Shown piece after piece: positions 9,131 to 18,075 of a DNA stretch of 64,000 bases; within the stretch, counting starts at the first letter, position 1; the number at the start of each line of letters is the position of its first letter. Position numbers and translations under genes: made by a program. The notes beneath the pieces are model-generated. The model was not told the DNA's origin and made no database searches. It was given only the letters and a program-made list of their open reading frames with translations. This DNA is from a virus, in the IMG/VR virus record IMGVR_UViG_3300020185_000016; one strand, written 5' to 3'.

Positions 9131-9617
9131 TATTATTGAGTTCAGGCCAGCCGCGGCCATTTGCAATTTTATCTGCCCCGACAGAAGCGGCCCAACTATC
9201 GGGCTTAAGCTTAGGTTCAATACCGGTCATTCCTAGTACGTATCCAGCGGCTTCATTTGCAGCACAATTTGATCCGTGTTTTGGATCAGTATTAACATCA
9301 AGATGAATTTCAATTTCAAACTCATCTATAAGAGGACCAATTTGATAATAAAGTTCACATACTTTTTGAACCTCTTTCATCATTCGCATTTTTGGTCTAT
9401 TTGGTTTCATATCATAATTTGGCTCTTTACTGATATGAGAAAATATTTTGCAACCGTTATTTCCATTTTTATGTACAATTAAAACTGTTGCATATCGAGC
9501 CATAGAAATATTATTTTTTGAATATCTAATAGAATCGCAGCCCAAATACACTTTTGTATCCGGGCTGCACTCCAGAAGGAGTTCTATAATATTATTAATT
9601 TGTATATCCGTAAACAT
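9126..9617 (-). CDS. YkuK-family RNase H-like protein
   Basis: YLGCDS, YATV, EIHLDVN, KPDSWAAS.AD. Confidence 0.85.
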   Translation of the reverse strand: MFTDIQINNIIELLLECSPDTKVYLGCDSIRYSKNNISMARYATVLIVHKNGNNGCKIFSHISKEPNYDMKPNRPKMRMMKEVQKVCELYYQIGPLIDEFEIEIHLDVNTDPKHGSNCAANEAAGYVLGMTGIEPKLKPDSWAASVGADKIANGRGWPELNNI

Positions 9618-9618
9618 C

Positions 9619-9915
9619 TTACATGATTAGCTTACCCGCAACAGGATCTGTAATAATTCCTGATGTGGCTTCTTGATATGGCGCTGTTAACTGTTCAGAT
9701 GTTTTTGTCATGAGACAATAATTATAAATTGTAATTTCTGCAGGATTTTCTTCGCCGGACATAGCCATAGTTTGAGCAAAGCCAATTCCCTGTTCAGTCG
9801 GCATAACCATAAATGGCTTACCAAGTTTTACAAATCTGTCATCGAAATCTAAAAGCTTACCCAAATATTCTCGGCCATTATCTACAACAACAGTCACAAC
9901 GTCATTCACATTCAT
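9619..9915 (-). CDS. Sm-like beta-barrel hypothetical protein
   Basis: VTVVVDNGREYLGKL..DD..V.L pattern. Confidence 0.55.
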   Translation of the reverse strand: MNVNDVVTVVVDNGREYLGKLLDFDDRFVKLGKPFMVMPTEQGIGFAQTMAMSGEENPAEITIYNYCLMTKTSEQLTAPYQEATSGIITDPVAGKLIM

Positions 9916-10028
9916 TTTATTTACCTATCCATAACTTATTTTATATAATAAGCAGTTTAGTGTCTTGCTTAGGACATTCTGGGCACCATTCATTTAATTA
10001 TTTTAAAAGAGAAATGAAACTCTAAATA

Positions 10029-10105
10029 TGGTACTCCCCGAGGGACTCGAACCCCCAACCTAAGCGTTATGAGCACTCAGCTCTAACCAATTGAGCTAGA
10101 GGAGT
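10029..10105 (-). tRNA. tRNA with CAU anticodon (probably Ile2; Met not excluded)
   Basis: Full cloverleaf, loop CT-CAT-AA, encoded CCA; C4-G69 and C5-G68 match TilS determinants. Confidence 0.9.
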
Positions 10106-10110
10106 ATATT

Positions 10111-10194
10111 TGGTGGGGGGTAATGGAATCGAACCATTCGTGAGTCACCTCGGCGGAGTTACAGTCCGCTGCCACACCTTGTAGCATACCCCCC
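10111..10194 (-). tRNA. tRNA-Tyr(GUA)
   Basis: GCGGA-CTGTAAC-TCCGC, long variable arm, CCA. Confidence 0.93.
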
Positions 10195-10275
10195 GATTAT
10201 ATAATTGGACCCTTATTCATTATCCGATTACCGGCAGTCTATATCAGGTCTCACCCGCTGGAGGGTGTAGTGTTT

Positions 10276-10303
10276 TGGTATGGGTGGTGTGATTCGACCC
10301 CAC
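10276..10303 (-). pseudogene. 3' tRNA remnant (T-arm, acceptor strand, CCA)
   Basis: GTGGG-GTCGAAT-CACAC-CACCCAT-A-CCA; no 5' half. Confidence 0.5.
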
Positions 10304-10313
10304 ATTATTCTTT

Positions 10314-10445
10314 TTAGCGATCTTTAATTTCATAAACTTCTTTATAGATATTACCAATATCTTTTGCCCCTTGATTATAACCAACAAGCCATCCAATTGC
10401 GCCGCCACAAATAACTAAACAACCAGCAATTAAAACCATTTCCAT
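10314..10445 (-). CDS. Small membrane protein (43 aa)
   Basis: Hand-translated MEMVLIAGCLVICGGAIGWLVGY... Confidence 0.55.
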   Translation of the reverse strand: MEMVLIAGCLVICGGAIGWLVGYNQGAKDIGNIYKEVYEIKDR

Positions 10446-10471
10446 AGTAAACCCCATTATATATTTTTAAT

Positions 10472-10546
10472 TGGCTCCCCAACTTGGATTCGAACCAAGG
10501 ACACACGGATTAACAGTCCGATGCTCTACCGCTGAGCTATTGGGGA
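10472..10546 (-). tRNA. tRNA-Asn(GUU)
   Basis: Cloverleaf, CT-GTT-AA, CCA. Confidence 0.95.
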
Positions 10547-10572
10547 ATATTATAATATTATATATCTTTTAA

Positions 10573-11193
10573 TTAAGATGATGTTTCGAGAGAATTGCCA
10601 TTTTTATCACATTCAGTAATAACTGGATTACAACGCATTTCAAAATAATTTTCTACAAAAGTCCAACCCAATGCTTCAATACCTTCTTGATAGTCTTCAT
10701 CGTACGTCGCTTCAATTTCGTCTATCATTTTATCAACATCTGAAAGCTTAGGTCCACTTGTTCTAATGTCCCAAATGTCTTCCCAAAAACAATCATCTAC
10801 ACAAATCATTTCGGCATCTGGATAGTCTTCAGTAATATCAACATATTCCTCATCTATAGATGGTACTAACATTTTATGCATAATTTGAAATGGGGCCATA
10901 TCCGGATCTACAATAATATTATTGGATTCATCAATAATATGAAACCCATGTTGATCAGCAACATCTTCAATATTATTATAATATTCAGATGCATTAATCC
11001 ATTCAGCAATTTCGGCATCAGTTTCCGGCACTTCAATTAACCACTCACCCCAACGCCATCCCATTTCTTTTGAAAGATAGGCCCATTTACCAATATCTTT
11101 TTCATCGTTAGTTAATTCGTTAAGCGGGCGTTTAAAAGTATAAATTTCAGTAATAGCTTTTTTATAAGAAGATTCTAATTTATAATATTTCAT
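10573..11193 (-). CDS. Acidic hypothetical protein
   Basis: 206-aa ORF with GGA RBS. Confidence 0.75.
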   Translation of the reverse strand: MKYYKLESSYKKAITEIYTFKRPLNELTNDEKDIGKWAYLSKEMGWRWGEWLIEVPETDAEIAEWINASEYYNNIEDVADQHGFHIIDESNNIIVDPDMAPFQIMHKMLVPSIDEEYVDITEDYPDAEMICVDDCFWEDIWDIRTSGPKLSDVDKMIDEIEATYDEDYQEGIEALGWTFVENYFEMRCNPVITECDKNGNSLETSS

Positions 11194-11218
11194 ACTGTTA
11201 ATCCTATAATTAATTTGG

Positions 11219-11292
11219 TGGAGCGGGTAAGGAGAATCGAACTCCTATCATCAGATTGGAAATCTGAGGTCTTACCATTACACAATACCCGC
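11219..11292 (-). tRNA. tRNA-Gly(UCC)
   Basis: TCAGA-TTTCCAA-TCTGA; ends T-CCA followed by a second CCA. Confidence 0.95.
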
Positions 11293-11339
11293 TTAATATT
11301 ATTCTTCCATCAACGATTTGAGTTTTTTAGCTTCTTGAG

Positions 11340-11430
11340 CTTGTTTTTCAATAGCTCTATTTACAATCCCAATATTCTACGAACAGCCACAGGATCATCG
11401 GTCATAATGCTGCCACCGTCATTCATCTGC
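11340..11430. repeat. 91-bp direct repeat, copy at 11340
   Basis: 89/91 identical to 11605..11695 by manual alignment. Confidence 0.9.
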
Positions 11431-11604
11431 TTCCCAATACCTACAATAAAAGTGTTTGCCACACGCATCAATCTCTGCTTGTGGATAACCTTGTTCCAAC
11501 AGCCAAGGAATAATACTCTCATCTTCGAGGAAGTCTGCTGGCAAGGGCTTAGGAAACCCATACTTCCATCCGCTGGGCGGATCACACATCAATAGTTTCG
11601 ACAT
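11419..11604 (-). CDS. Small hypothetical protein bounded by the 91-bp repeats
   Basis: MSKLLMCDPPSGWKYGFPKP; ATG abuts one repeat copy, stop lies inside the other. Confidence 0.7.
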   Translation of the reverse strand: MSKLLMCDPPSGWKYGFPKPLPADFLEDESIIPWLLEQGYPQAEIDACGKHFYCRYWEADE

Positions 11605-11695
11605 CTTGTTTTTCAATAGCTCTATTTACAATCCCAATATTCTACGAACAGCCACAGGATCATCAGTCATAATGCTGCCACCGTCATTCATATGC
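11605..11695. repeat. 91-bp direct repeat, copy at 11605
   Basis: Contains 3' end of gene 11626..11832. Confidence 0.9.
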
Positions 11696-11832
11696 TCTAC
11701 AATTTGTTCAAAATAAAAGCGAGCATCCGCATCTTCATCCAAAAGGCTAGCTGCAGTTCGAAAGAAGTTACGTAACTTCATATCACTTGTGCCATCATTG
11801 GCCGCCGCTTTATATGTTTTACCTCGTCTCAT
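11626..11832 (-). CDS. Hypothetical protein
   Basis: MRRGKTY...DDPVAVRRILGL; start uncertain (11832 or 11781). Confidence 0.6.
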   Translation of the reverse strand: MRRGKTYKAAANDGTSDMKLRNFFRTAASLLDEDADARFYFEQIVEHMNDGGSIMTDDPVAVRRILGL

Positions 11833-11834
11833 CT

Positions 11835-11963
11835 TTAATAAAGCATCCTCATACAAGTAAAGAAGCTGTTTTCTTCTAAACAGTCGCTCCAGATGTGTGT
11901 TGAGTACCATCCAATCAATACAAGACCAAGTGTAATTGCAATTCCATAAATTAACTTTTCCAT
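11835..11963 (-). CDS. Small membrane protein (42 aa)
   Basis: GAGG RBS; MEKLIYGIAITLGLVLIGWY... Confidence 0.6.
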   Translation of the reverse strand: MEKLIYGIAITLGLVLIGWYSTHIWSDCLEENSFFTCMRMLY

Positions 11964-11979
11964 TGTTATTTCCTCTTAT

Positions 11980-12063
11980 TGGTACCCGCGGCCGGACTCG
12001 AACCGGCACGCCTTACGGCCACAGATTTTAAGTCTGTTATGTCTACCATTCCATCACGCGGGC
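11980..12063 (-). tRNA. tRNA-Leu(UAA)
   Basis: ACAGA-CTTAAAA-TCTGT, long variable arm, CCA. Confidence 0.95.
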
Positions 12064-12069
12064 TAACTC

Positions 12070-12297
12070 TTATTTGTCCATCAATTCAGCTTTACGCTTT
12101 TCAACAGCTGCAAGTCGCTGTGCTTCTAATTCGATACCAGCTTCTTTATCACGACCCATAACCAGCAAAATGATTGCCGAAATAAGAGGCGAAATCAATA
12201 GTGCGACTACAAACCAAAGCCATCCATTTCGGCCCCAATTGTTAGCCCAATAGCCAACTAGTGCTGAAAACACTACTGCAATTAAAATAATATCCAT
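12070..12297 (-). CDS. Small two-TM membrane protein
   Basis: GRNGWLWFVVALLISPL motif. Confidence 0.75.
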   Translation of the reverse strand: MDIILIAVVFSALVGYWANNWGRNGWLWFVVALLISPLISAIILLVMGRDKEAGIELEAQRLAAVEKRKAELMDK

Positions 12298-12326
12298 TTA
12301 CTCTTCCTTAAACTTTTTTCGATGTT

Positions 12327-12386
12327 TGGAGTCAAGCCAGGGAATCGAACCCACTTACCCATTTTTATCTCTTACACAATACTTTA
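12327..12386 (-). pseudogene. Degenerate tRNA remnant
   Basis: GGG-TTCGATT-CCC..GCTTGAC-T-CCA; GTATTGTGTAA matches the tRNA-Gly D-arm start; no anticodon arm. Confidence 0.45.
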
Positions 12387-12465
12387 TGGTGATCTCTGTA
12401 GGACTCGAACCTACGACCTAGTGCTTAGAAGGCACTTGCTCTAAATCCTGCTGAGCTAAGAGACC
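12387..12465 (-). tRNA. tRNA-Arg(UCU)
   Basis: AGTGC-CTTCTAA-GCACT, CCA. Confidence 0.95.
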
Positions 12466-12493
12466 ATCAAAAAATATTTTATCTTATAATAAT

Positions 12494-12522
12494 ATAATAA
12501 CACATTTAAAATGGAAAGTAAA
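12494..12522 (-). promoter_or_regulatory. Early promoter of tRNA cluster
   Basis: TTTACT-N17-TATTAT. Confidence 0.75.
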
Positions 12523-12634
12523 CTGTTATTTGCAATTTATTTAAATAAAAATTTTATAATATACACCCACAAATTAAACAATTTTGCGCTAGATTAATTT
12601 GCGGATGTACTCTATTATTTTAATATAGATGAAA

Positions 12635-12907
12635 TTATGCAATTGCTTCTTTATAAGAAACAAGATTTTCCCAGCGAAATGAACGCCATCCTTCAGCTTT
12701 AACATCATAAACAGCCAAAATATCTGGATTAGATTTTTTAGATTTCTTTTCAATATGCTCTTCAACATCAATTTGTTGTGGAAGCAAATCTTCTTTGAGC
12801 GTACAGGTCATTATACGCGTATCACCATTTACTTTAGTAAATGTAATTTCAAACAAACCGCTGTGGAGCGCTTGTTTTAATTCATCTCTATTGATAGTGT
12901 CAATCAT
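12635..12907 (-). CDS. SH3/WYL-like small protein of T4-like phages
   Basis: ITFTKVNGDTRIMTCTL..VYDV..EGWRSFR. Confidence 0.75.
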   Translation of the reverse strand: MIDTINRDELKQALHSGLFEITFTKVNGDTRIMTCTLKEDLLPQQIDVEEHIEKKSKKSNPDILAVYDVKAEGWRSFRWENLVSYKEAIA

Positions 12908-12922
12908 AATATAGTTCTCTCC

Positions 12923-13090
12923 TTAATTATCATGCATTTGTTCTAAAACAGAATCAATATTTTTATCTAAGTCTTCAACAAAGAAAACTAATTCATTTAA
13001 AAGATCTTCACGCGATTTACCGAATGTTTCGGCTCTGCGCATAATAGATGTTATGCGCTCTTTTACCATCATGCTTGTCACGACGTCCAT
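12923..13090 (-). CDS. Small hypothetical protein (55 aa)
   Basis: GGAG RBS; MDVVTSMMVKERI... Confidence 0.6.
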   Translation of the reverse strand: MDVVTSMMVKERITSIMRRAETFGKSREDLLNELVFFVEDLDKNIDSVLEQMHDN

Positions 13091-13099
13091 AATATACTC

Positions 13100-13501
13100 C
13101 TAATTATATACAATTGGCTTTAAATGTGTAACAAATAAAGCTTCAGCAGTCAATCGATCATGTTTTGTATTAATACCTAAATCTTCTGCAGATATATATT
13201 TTAACATAAAACAATGATCTTGTAAACTATGTTTAGTAAATTTTATTCCAGATCTTTCTGCAATGTTTTCGGGATTATTCATTGACATTTTATGACGAGC
13301 AATGCGCGCCTTAATGCAATCGCCAGTTTCTCCAACATATGCCAATGTGCCATCTTCAAGATATATAAAATAAATACCAGCAATTTTGCTGCATATATTG
13401 TATCGAACATACTTTTCAAATCTAGAAAAGGTTGTTGGCATAGTTTTCATTTTGTGTATATTGGCATTGGTATATAATTCTGCAATTTCATTAATATGCA
13501 T
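13100..13501 (-). CDS. GIY-YIG endonuclease (free-standing)
   Basis: GIYFIY...YVGET...R..RH...AE. Confidence 0.85.
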   Translation of the reverse strand: MHINEIAELYTNANIHKMKTMPTTFSRFEKYVRYNICSKIAGIYFIYLEDGTLAYVGETGDCIKARIARHKMSMNNPENIAERSGIKFTKHSLQDHCFMLKYISAEDLGINTKHDRLTAEALFVTHLKPIVYN

Positions 13502-13544
13502 GATGATAGTCCCTCAATTACGTAAACATTTTTACCATTACACC

Positions 13545-13573
13545 TTTATAACATATAAGAAAAGGAATGTACA
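13545..13573 (-). promoter_or_regulatory. Early promoter
   Basis: TGTACA-N17-TATAAA. Confidence 0.8.
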
Positions 13574-13739
13574 CAGTTAATTTACAAATAACTGTATTTT
13601 TTTAGCATTTATTTGTAATTGAGACATTTTTGTATCGGTAATATTTGGATCTTTTTTTACTGTAGTCCATCCAGTAAGTGCTGACATATCAGCGGCGGTA
13701 CAATCATCACACGGGTCATCTAATGGCATAGTATCATCT

Positions 13740-14132
13740 TTATTTTCTAAAGTATTCATCTGCAAGTTTTTCCTGTAAATAGAATGCTTCTATTTCCCAA
13801 GGTAATTCATTATAATTACAATCATATACTATATTATTCCAAGTTTTTTTATCAACATTATATTGTTTAAAAGCAATTTGTTTAACATGTACCAATTCAT
13901 GAAATAGTGTTTCAATCATATCATTTATAGTTAAATCTTTATTTATCTCTATAACAAATTCTAAATTATTTGGTTCTTCTTGATCGCACGATCCCCAAAG
14001 ATTGCTCTCACTATCGATATATTGTATATCTATTGAAATATTTTCGGGCAAGCCCAAATTATCTGAAGCAAAGCATATGGCGCTATCTAATTCAGAAATA
14101 CTCAATACGCCTTCTTCGGCATAATAAATCAC
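13740..14132 (-). CDS. Zincin-like metallopeptidase
   Basis: HELVH and PWEIEA motifs. Confidence 0.8.
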   Translation of the reverse strand: MIYYAEEGVLSISELDSAICFASDNLGLPENISIDIQYIDSESNLWGSCDQEEPNNLEFVIEINKDLTINDMIETLFHELVHVKQIAFKQYNVDKKTWNNIVYDCNYNELPWEIEAFYLQEKLADEYFRK

Positions 14133-14734
14133 TTTTTAGTGCTTCTTACAATTTCAATATTTTTGGGCTGTTTAATAAAAAGCTCACCCTTCGGATGATA
14201 AAGTACAAATTTAGTTTGCTCTTTAAATTCGTCAAAAATGCCTTTAAAAATAGGGCGCCATTTAGCAGTTAGTCGTTGGGTGTTCATATTTTCACGATCC
14301 GATGGTAAAAACATATCAGATGTACTAGTAATATCAAATCCAAAAAGAGAATCAAATCCATACATATGCACTTCAGTAGCTTTTAATTCATTGCAGATCC
14401 AATGCAAACCCATATGACCACAATTAAAATCAGTGTGATTTGCGGCGTATTTTGGAAGATGCGTATAAAATTGTTTAATTTGGCCGCTTCTTTTCATATA
14501 AAAATTTGGTTTCATTTCCATAAATTTCTTTGGGCGCGCCCCAAGAACCCAATCACCAGGCACATCAATCTCGCCTTGATAAATGGAATTCATCATTTTA
14601 AAATCTACAATAACACTAGTATATACATTTTCTACCGCAAAGGGTGGAATATTACATACTACTTTTAATCCAGTAGCAGGCACGTACATTGCGGACGATC
14701 TACCATTGCCAATTAAGTGAACTACTTTAGCCAT
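14129..14734 (-). CDS. Putative glycosyltransferase-like protein
   Basis: HLIGNGRS and VHMYGFD motifs; located in GT island. Confidence 0.55.
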   Translation of the reverse strand: MAKVVHLIGNGRSSAMYVPATGLKVVCNIPPFAVENVYTSVIVDFKMMNSIYQGEIDVPGDWVLGARPKKFMEMKPNFYMKRSGQIKQFYTHLPKYAANHTDFNCGHMGLHWICNELKATEVHMYGFDSLFGFDITSTSDMFLPSDRENMNTQRLTAKWRPIFKGIFDEFKEQTKFVLYHPKGELFIKQPKNIEIVRSTKK

Positions 14735-15398
14735 TTGTTTTTTCCATTTGTCGCATTATCTCTTTTTTTCCTTTTGGTCCAGTCCAATGGATAGCTCGTT
14801 TTTTATTGCTATCATGTCCATCAACAAGTTGTAATCTAAGCCAATTATATTCATTTGGTAATGTATTAATATATATTATGCGATCTAAAGGAGATTTTAA
14901 CATAGAATGCAATACCTCCTGATCCCCAACAATTGGCGAAGTCTTTACGGTTTCTACCCATTTGTTTAAAATTTTAGGATTACCGGATACGCCAACTAAA
15001 CCAGAATTATGCCATGTTTCTCCGCGTCGTTTAGACCAAGGCAAATCTTCTACCATATTTAATTTACTTGGTTCAAAATAATTAAATACATCACCCATAT
15101 CTTGCAAAATTTCAAAGTCAGTATCAATCCAACAAGCAGAATTGGCCAATTTTGCCGCTGTGGCGATTGTAGCAGGTTTTTTAAACCAACCAGCTTCAGA
15201 TAAATGCGTCATATCTAAAATAGTATCAACATTATTATTAGCATAGGTAAGAATATTGGAACTACATCCAAAGTCCGCAAAAACTAATGGTATGCTTATA
15301 TGAGCGGTATAGTTTTTAATAAACCATGGAAGCATCCATTCAGTTTTTGAATCGCATCCAGTAATAAAGCATTTATCAAATAAGTTCATATTGTCCAT
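14727..15398 (-). CDS. GT-A fold glycosyltransferase (GT8/GT77-like)
   Basis: WIDTD, NSG, GDQEVL, HWTG. Confidence 0.8.
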   Translation of the reverse strand: MDNMNLFDKCFITGCDSKTEWMLPWFIKNYTAHISIPLVFADFGCSSNILTYANNNVDTILDMTHLSEAGWFKKPATIATAAKLANSACWIDTDFEILQDMGDVFNYFEPSKLNMVEDLPWSKRRGETWHNSGLVGVSGNPKILNKWVETVKTSPIVGDQEVLHSMLKSPLDRIIYINTLPNEYNWLRLQLVDGHDSNKKRAIHWTGPKGKKEIMRQMEKTNG

Positions 15399-16023
15399 CC
15401 TTATACTGGTGTTTAGCCAAACAGCCAGGTGTTAGTTGAATAGTTGAAAATGAATCCTGAGCTTCTACCGGCCATGGATAAAATTCTTCTATCCACGGAA
15501 ACCAACTGTTATTAATAAAAACATCAGTTGGCTTGGCACTAATTTTAGCTTGTTTAATTAATGCTTCTGCACCCTTTGGTTTAATCTTATAGGCATGCGC
15601 GCCCGGTAAATAGTTTTTAGAAACTAGGGGATTTACACCAATTTTCATTGGTATATTAAATTTCCCATATGAAGGGTGTCCATATGAAAGTAATTTATTA
15701 TATGGTTGAAATTCATTAATAGGTGAATGTACTACAGCATCATGCTCAAAAATTAATATTTCTTCATTGTGTTCTACTGAATATTCCCATAGCGAATGAT
15801 GCGAAAGAAATGCTGCTACACATCGGTCGAGTCTAGAATACACTTCTTGAAATCCGCTAATTGGTATATCTTTTGATTTTAAGATTTCAATTGGATTATC
15901 TGCTGGAGTAATAGCTTTCCAATTTTTTACTTCAATACCATATGAATTTGCAGAGTCAATACAATTTTGCGCTGCTTTCACCGATTGTGGTATATCCATT
16001 ATAGTTATAACATATGATTTCAT
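15376..16023 (-). CDS. GT25-family glycosyltransferase
   Basis: AFLSHHSLW, IFEHDA, GAHAY. Confidence 0.85.
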   Translation of the reverse strand: MKSYVITIMDIPQSVKAAQNCIDSANSYGIEVKNWKAITPADNPIEILKSKDIPISGFQEVYSRLDRCVAAFLSHHSLWEYSVEHNEEILIFEHDAVVHSPINEFQPYNKLLSYGHPSYGKFNIPMKIGVNPLVSKNYLPGAHAYKIKPKGAEALIKQAKISAKPTDVFINNSWFPWIEEFYPWPVEAQDSFSTIQLTPGCLAKHQYKDGQYELI

Positions 16024-16029
16024 TATTTA

Positions 16030-16058
16030 ATTATACCCTATATTCAATAAAAAGTAAA
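16030..16058 (-). promoter_or_regulatory. Early promoter
   Basis: TTTACT-N17-TATAAT. Confidence 0.7.
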
Positions 16059-16760
16059 CTATAAAGTTGTAGTTGATGGGAGTCCTTGCACTTTAGTATA
16101 ATGTTCTTTTGTCACCCCAAGAAAGTAAAAAAGTTGTCTACACATCAAAGCATCATTTGGCCATAGACCAATTTGTGGATTATGGACGGCATCAATAAGT
16201 TCACTTGCAGCCGTTGGTGTAATTATATATGCAGAATTTCCGGCCAACCCCTGCGGAATTTTTTGATCATTATCAATCCAAGGGACGATTTGATATTTCG
16301 AACTATTAGCATTTATTGCATCGCGATATACTGATGCCCGTCTTGTTGCACCGATTGGATTATTAATACCTAATACCTGATAAATAGTAAAATTGATATC
16401 AAAGTCTATTTTTTTTGTAAATACTGCATCATGTTCAAGAATTAAAATATTTTCATTAGTTTCTTTGCATTTTTTCCATAGTAAATAATGGCTCATTGAA
16501 CAGGCCATTCTTTTATTTTTATTTGCAGTTGGATATGCTTTTTTTAATAATCCAGTACCAAAGTCAATGGTTTCACCAGACCAGGGATAATTCCATATAA
16601 CATTATGATCTCTCATTTCTTTATGTACCGTTTCGGGCGTTACGGCATTAAATTGCTCAAGTTGAAACTCATTGTATACCCGATATGAACTTTCAACAAG
16701 TGTTGCATAGCCCTTTTCAGAAATTGCGTCTCCTTCAATTACAATAGCATATGCTTTCAT
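16059..16760 (-). CDS. GT25-family glycosyltransferase
   Basis: ACSMSHYLLW, ILEHDA, GNSAYII. Confidence 0.88.
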   Translation of the reverse strand: MKAYAIVIEGDAISEKGYATLVESSYRVYNEFQLEQFNAVTPETVHKEMRDHNVIWNYPWSGETIDFGTGLLKKAYPTANKNKRMACSMSHYLLWKKCKETNENILILEHDAVFTKKIDFDINFTIYQVLGINNPIGATRRASVYRDAINANSSKYQIVPWIDNDQKIPQGLAGNSAYIITPTAASELIDAVHNPQIGLWPNDALMCRQLFYFLGVTKEHYTKVQGLPSTTTL

Positions 16761-17275
16761 TTGTTCAACTTATTTTTGTGTGGAAATATTGGGTCAATTG
16801 GATTTACATCAAGGAAGTCTGTCAATAGCTTTGTACTATCTCCACCAATAATATCAAGCACAAGCAAATCATTTGGTCGTTTCCAAAAATATTCGAGCAC
16901 ATCCTTATTATGAGAGTCATATGCTAAAGAAGCCTGTTCTCGATTAGGAAATGGTGAACCATAGACTCGAGTCCGAATGTCTACCTGACGTTGAGCCATG
17001 TTCCATCCACGCTTTCTTTCAAGGTATGGTACAATTGAATCCAACCAGTCTTTCTTATTACGAATAGTAATGATAAACTTAGAGTTTGGAAACTTCTGGT
17101 CGAGCTCTTTATACACCGGAATCACTGGAATGTCAGTGGCACCGTCTTTATGAAATCCCCAAAGTTCTTTTTCACTCGGATAGTGTACAACATCGTATCC
17201 AAGTTCAATTAACGTTTCATTAAGTGTGGTTGTACCTGTACGTGATAGTCCAAGTCCAAAAATTTTAGATCTCAT
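16757..17275 (-). CDS. Sulfotransferase-family protein
   Basis: GLSRTGTTTL 5'PSB loop; KFIITIR..W..S. Confidence 0.85.
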   Translation of the reverse strand: MRSKIFGLGLSRTGTTTLNETLIELGYDVVHYPSEKELWGFHKDGATDIPVIPVYKELDQKFPNSKFIITIRNKKDWLDSIVPYLERKRGWNMAQRQVDIRTRVYGSPFPNREQASLAYDSHNKDVLEYFWKRPNDLLVLDIIGGDSTKLLTDFLDVNPIDPIFPHKNKLNK

Positions 17276-18074
17276 AATTCCATTCTTCTCTTGGTAAATT
17301 TACAACTCTTAGCAATTGCTCTTCGGTCATATTATCAGCACCAGGAAATTGGCAATGTACAAATCGGGTGCTTTCATCTCGGTGATCTATAATTCGCCGC
17401 TTTGGATTTATTTTGTCTTTTGTTCCGTGCACATAGCTATTCCAACCATTATGCATTTCAAGCATATTCATATTAGTAGCAAATATCATAGCATGTAGAT
17501 ATGGTTGGTCACACGTATAAAATGAATTAAGACCGGATTTATTTATTAGCTTAACGTAATCATCAAACGCAACCCATTTTTCTCGGGCATGTTGCATTCC
17601 TTTATTAGAATACATTACAACACCGGTATTATAAACTTGTACTAGCCCATCTTCGGTACGCGGAACTTCTATACCATATTGCGCTTTTACTATCTGCGCC
17701 CATTTTTCATCTGTTTGACTTGTTATACGGCCAAGAGTAATTGTTCTTTGTTGCGGTTGAAACGGTTCAGTACAAATACCAATGTCCGCATCAAAACCTT
17801 CGAAAATATTTTCTTTTAATCCATTAACCGGAAAAACATCAGTATCAGCAAATAAGACATTATCATATTCATTATATGGCGATTCAAACACGGGTTTAAA
17901 GGCACCATAGTGTGGAGAATAGTTACCGAATCGCCGATCGTGAATATATTTAGGATTGTCTTCAAATATATAATCAGCGTCAATGCGACTAGCATAAGCT
18001 TTCATTGCGTTCACACCGGCATGCACTGATTCTCTTACTGGCCCGTCCCAATATTGATAGATTAAATTTTTCAT
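17265..18074 (-). CDS. GT-A fold glycosyltransferase
   Basis: FADTD, YNTGV, DQ; start MKNLIYQY. Confidence 0.75.
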   Translation of the reverse strand: MKNLIYQYWDGPVRESVHAGVNAMKAYASRIDADYIFEDNPKYIHDRRFGNYSPHYGAFKPVFESPYNEYDNVLFADTDVFPVNGLKENIFEGFDADIGICTEPFQPQQRTITLGRITSQTDEKWAQIVKAQYGIEVPRTEDGLVQVYNTGVVMYSNKGMQHAREKWVAFDDYVKLINKSGLNSFYTCDQPYLHAMIFATNMNMLEMHNGWNSYVHGTKDKINPKRRIIDHRDESTRFVHCQFPGADNMTEEQLLRVVNLPREEWNYEI

Positions 18075-18075
18075 T

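Noticed and set aside
11215-11595. Plus-strand ORFs over tRNA-Gly and tRNA-Leu (also 11979..12161)
   Set aside because: Shadow frames created by the antisense of tRNA genes.
11340-11695. DGR template/variable repeat pair
   Set aside because: Only two mismatches, at T on the coding strand rather than A; no reverse transcriptase in the window.
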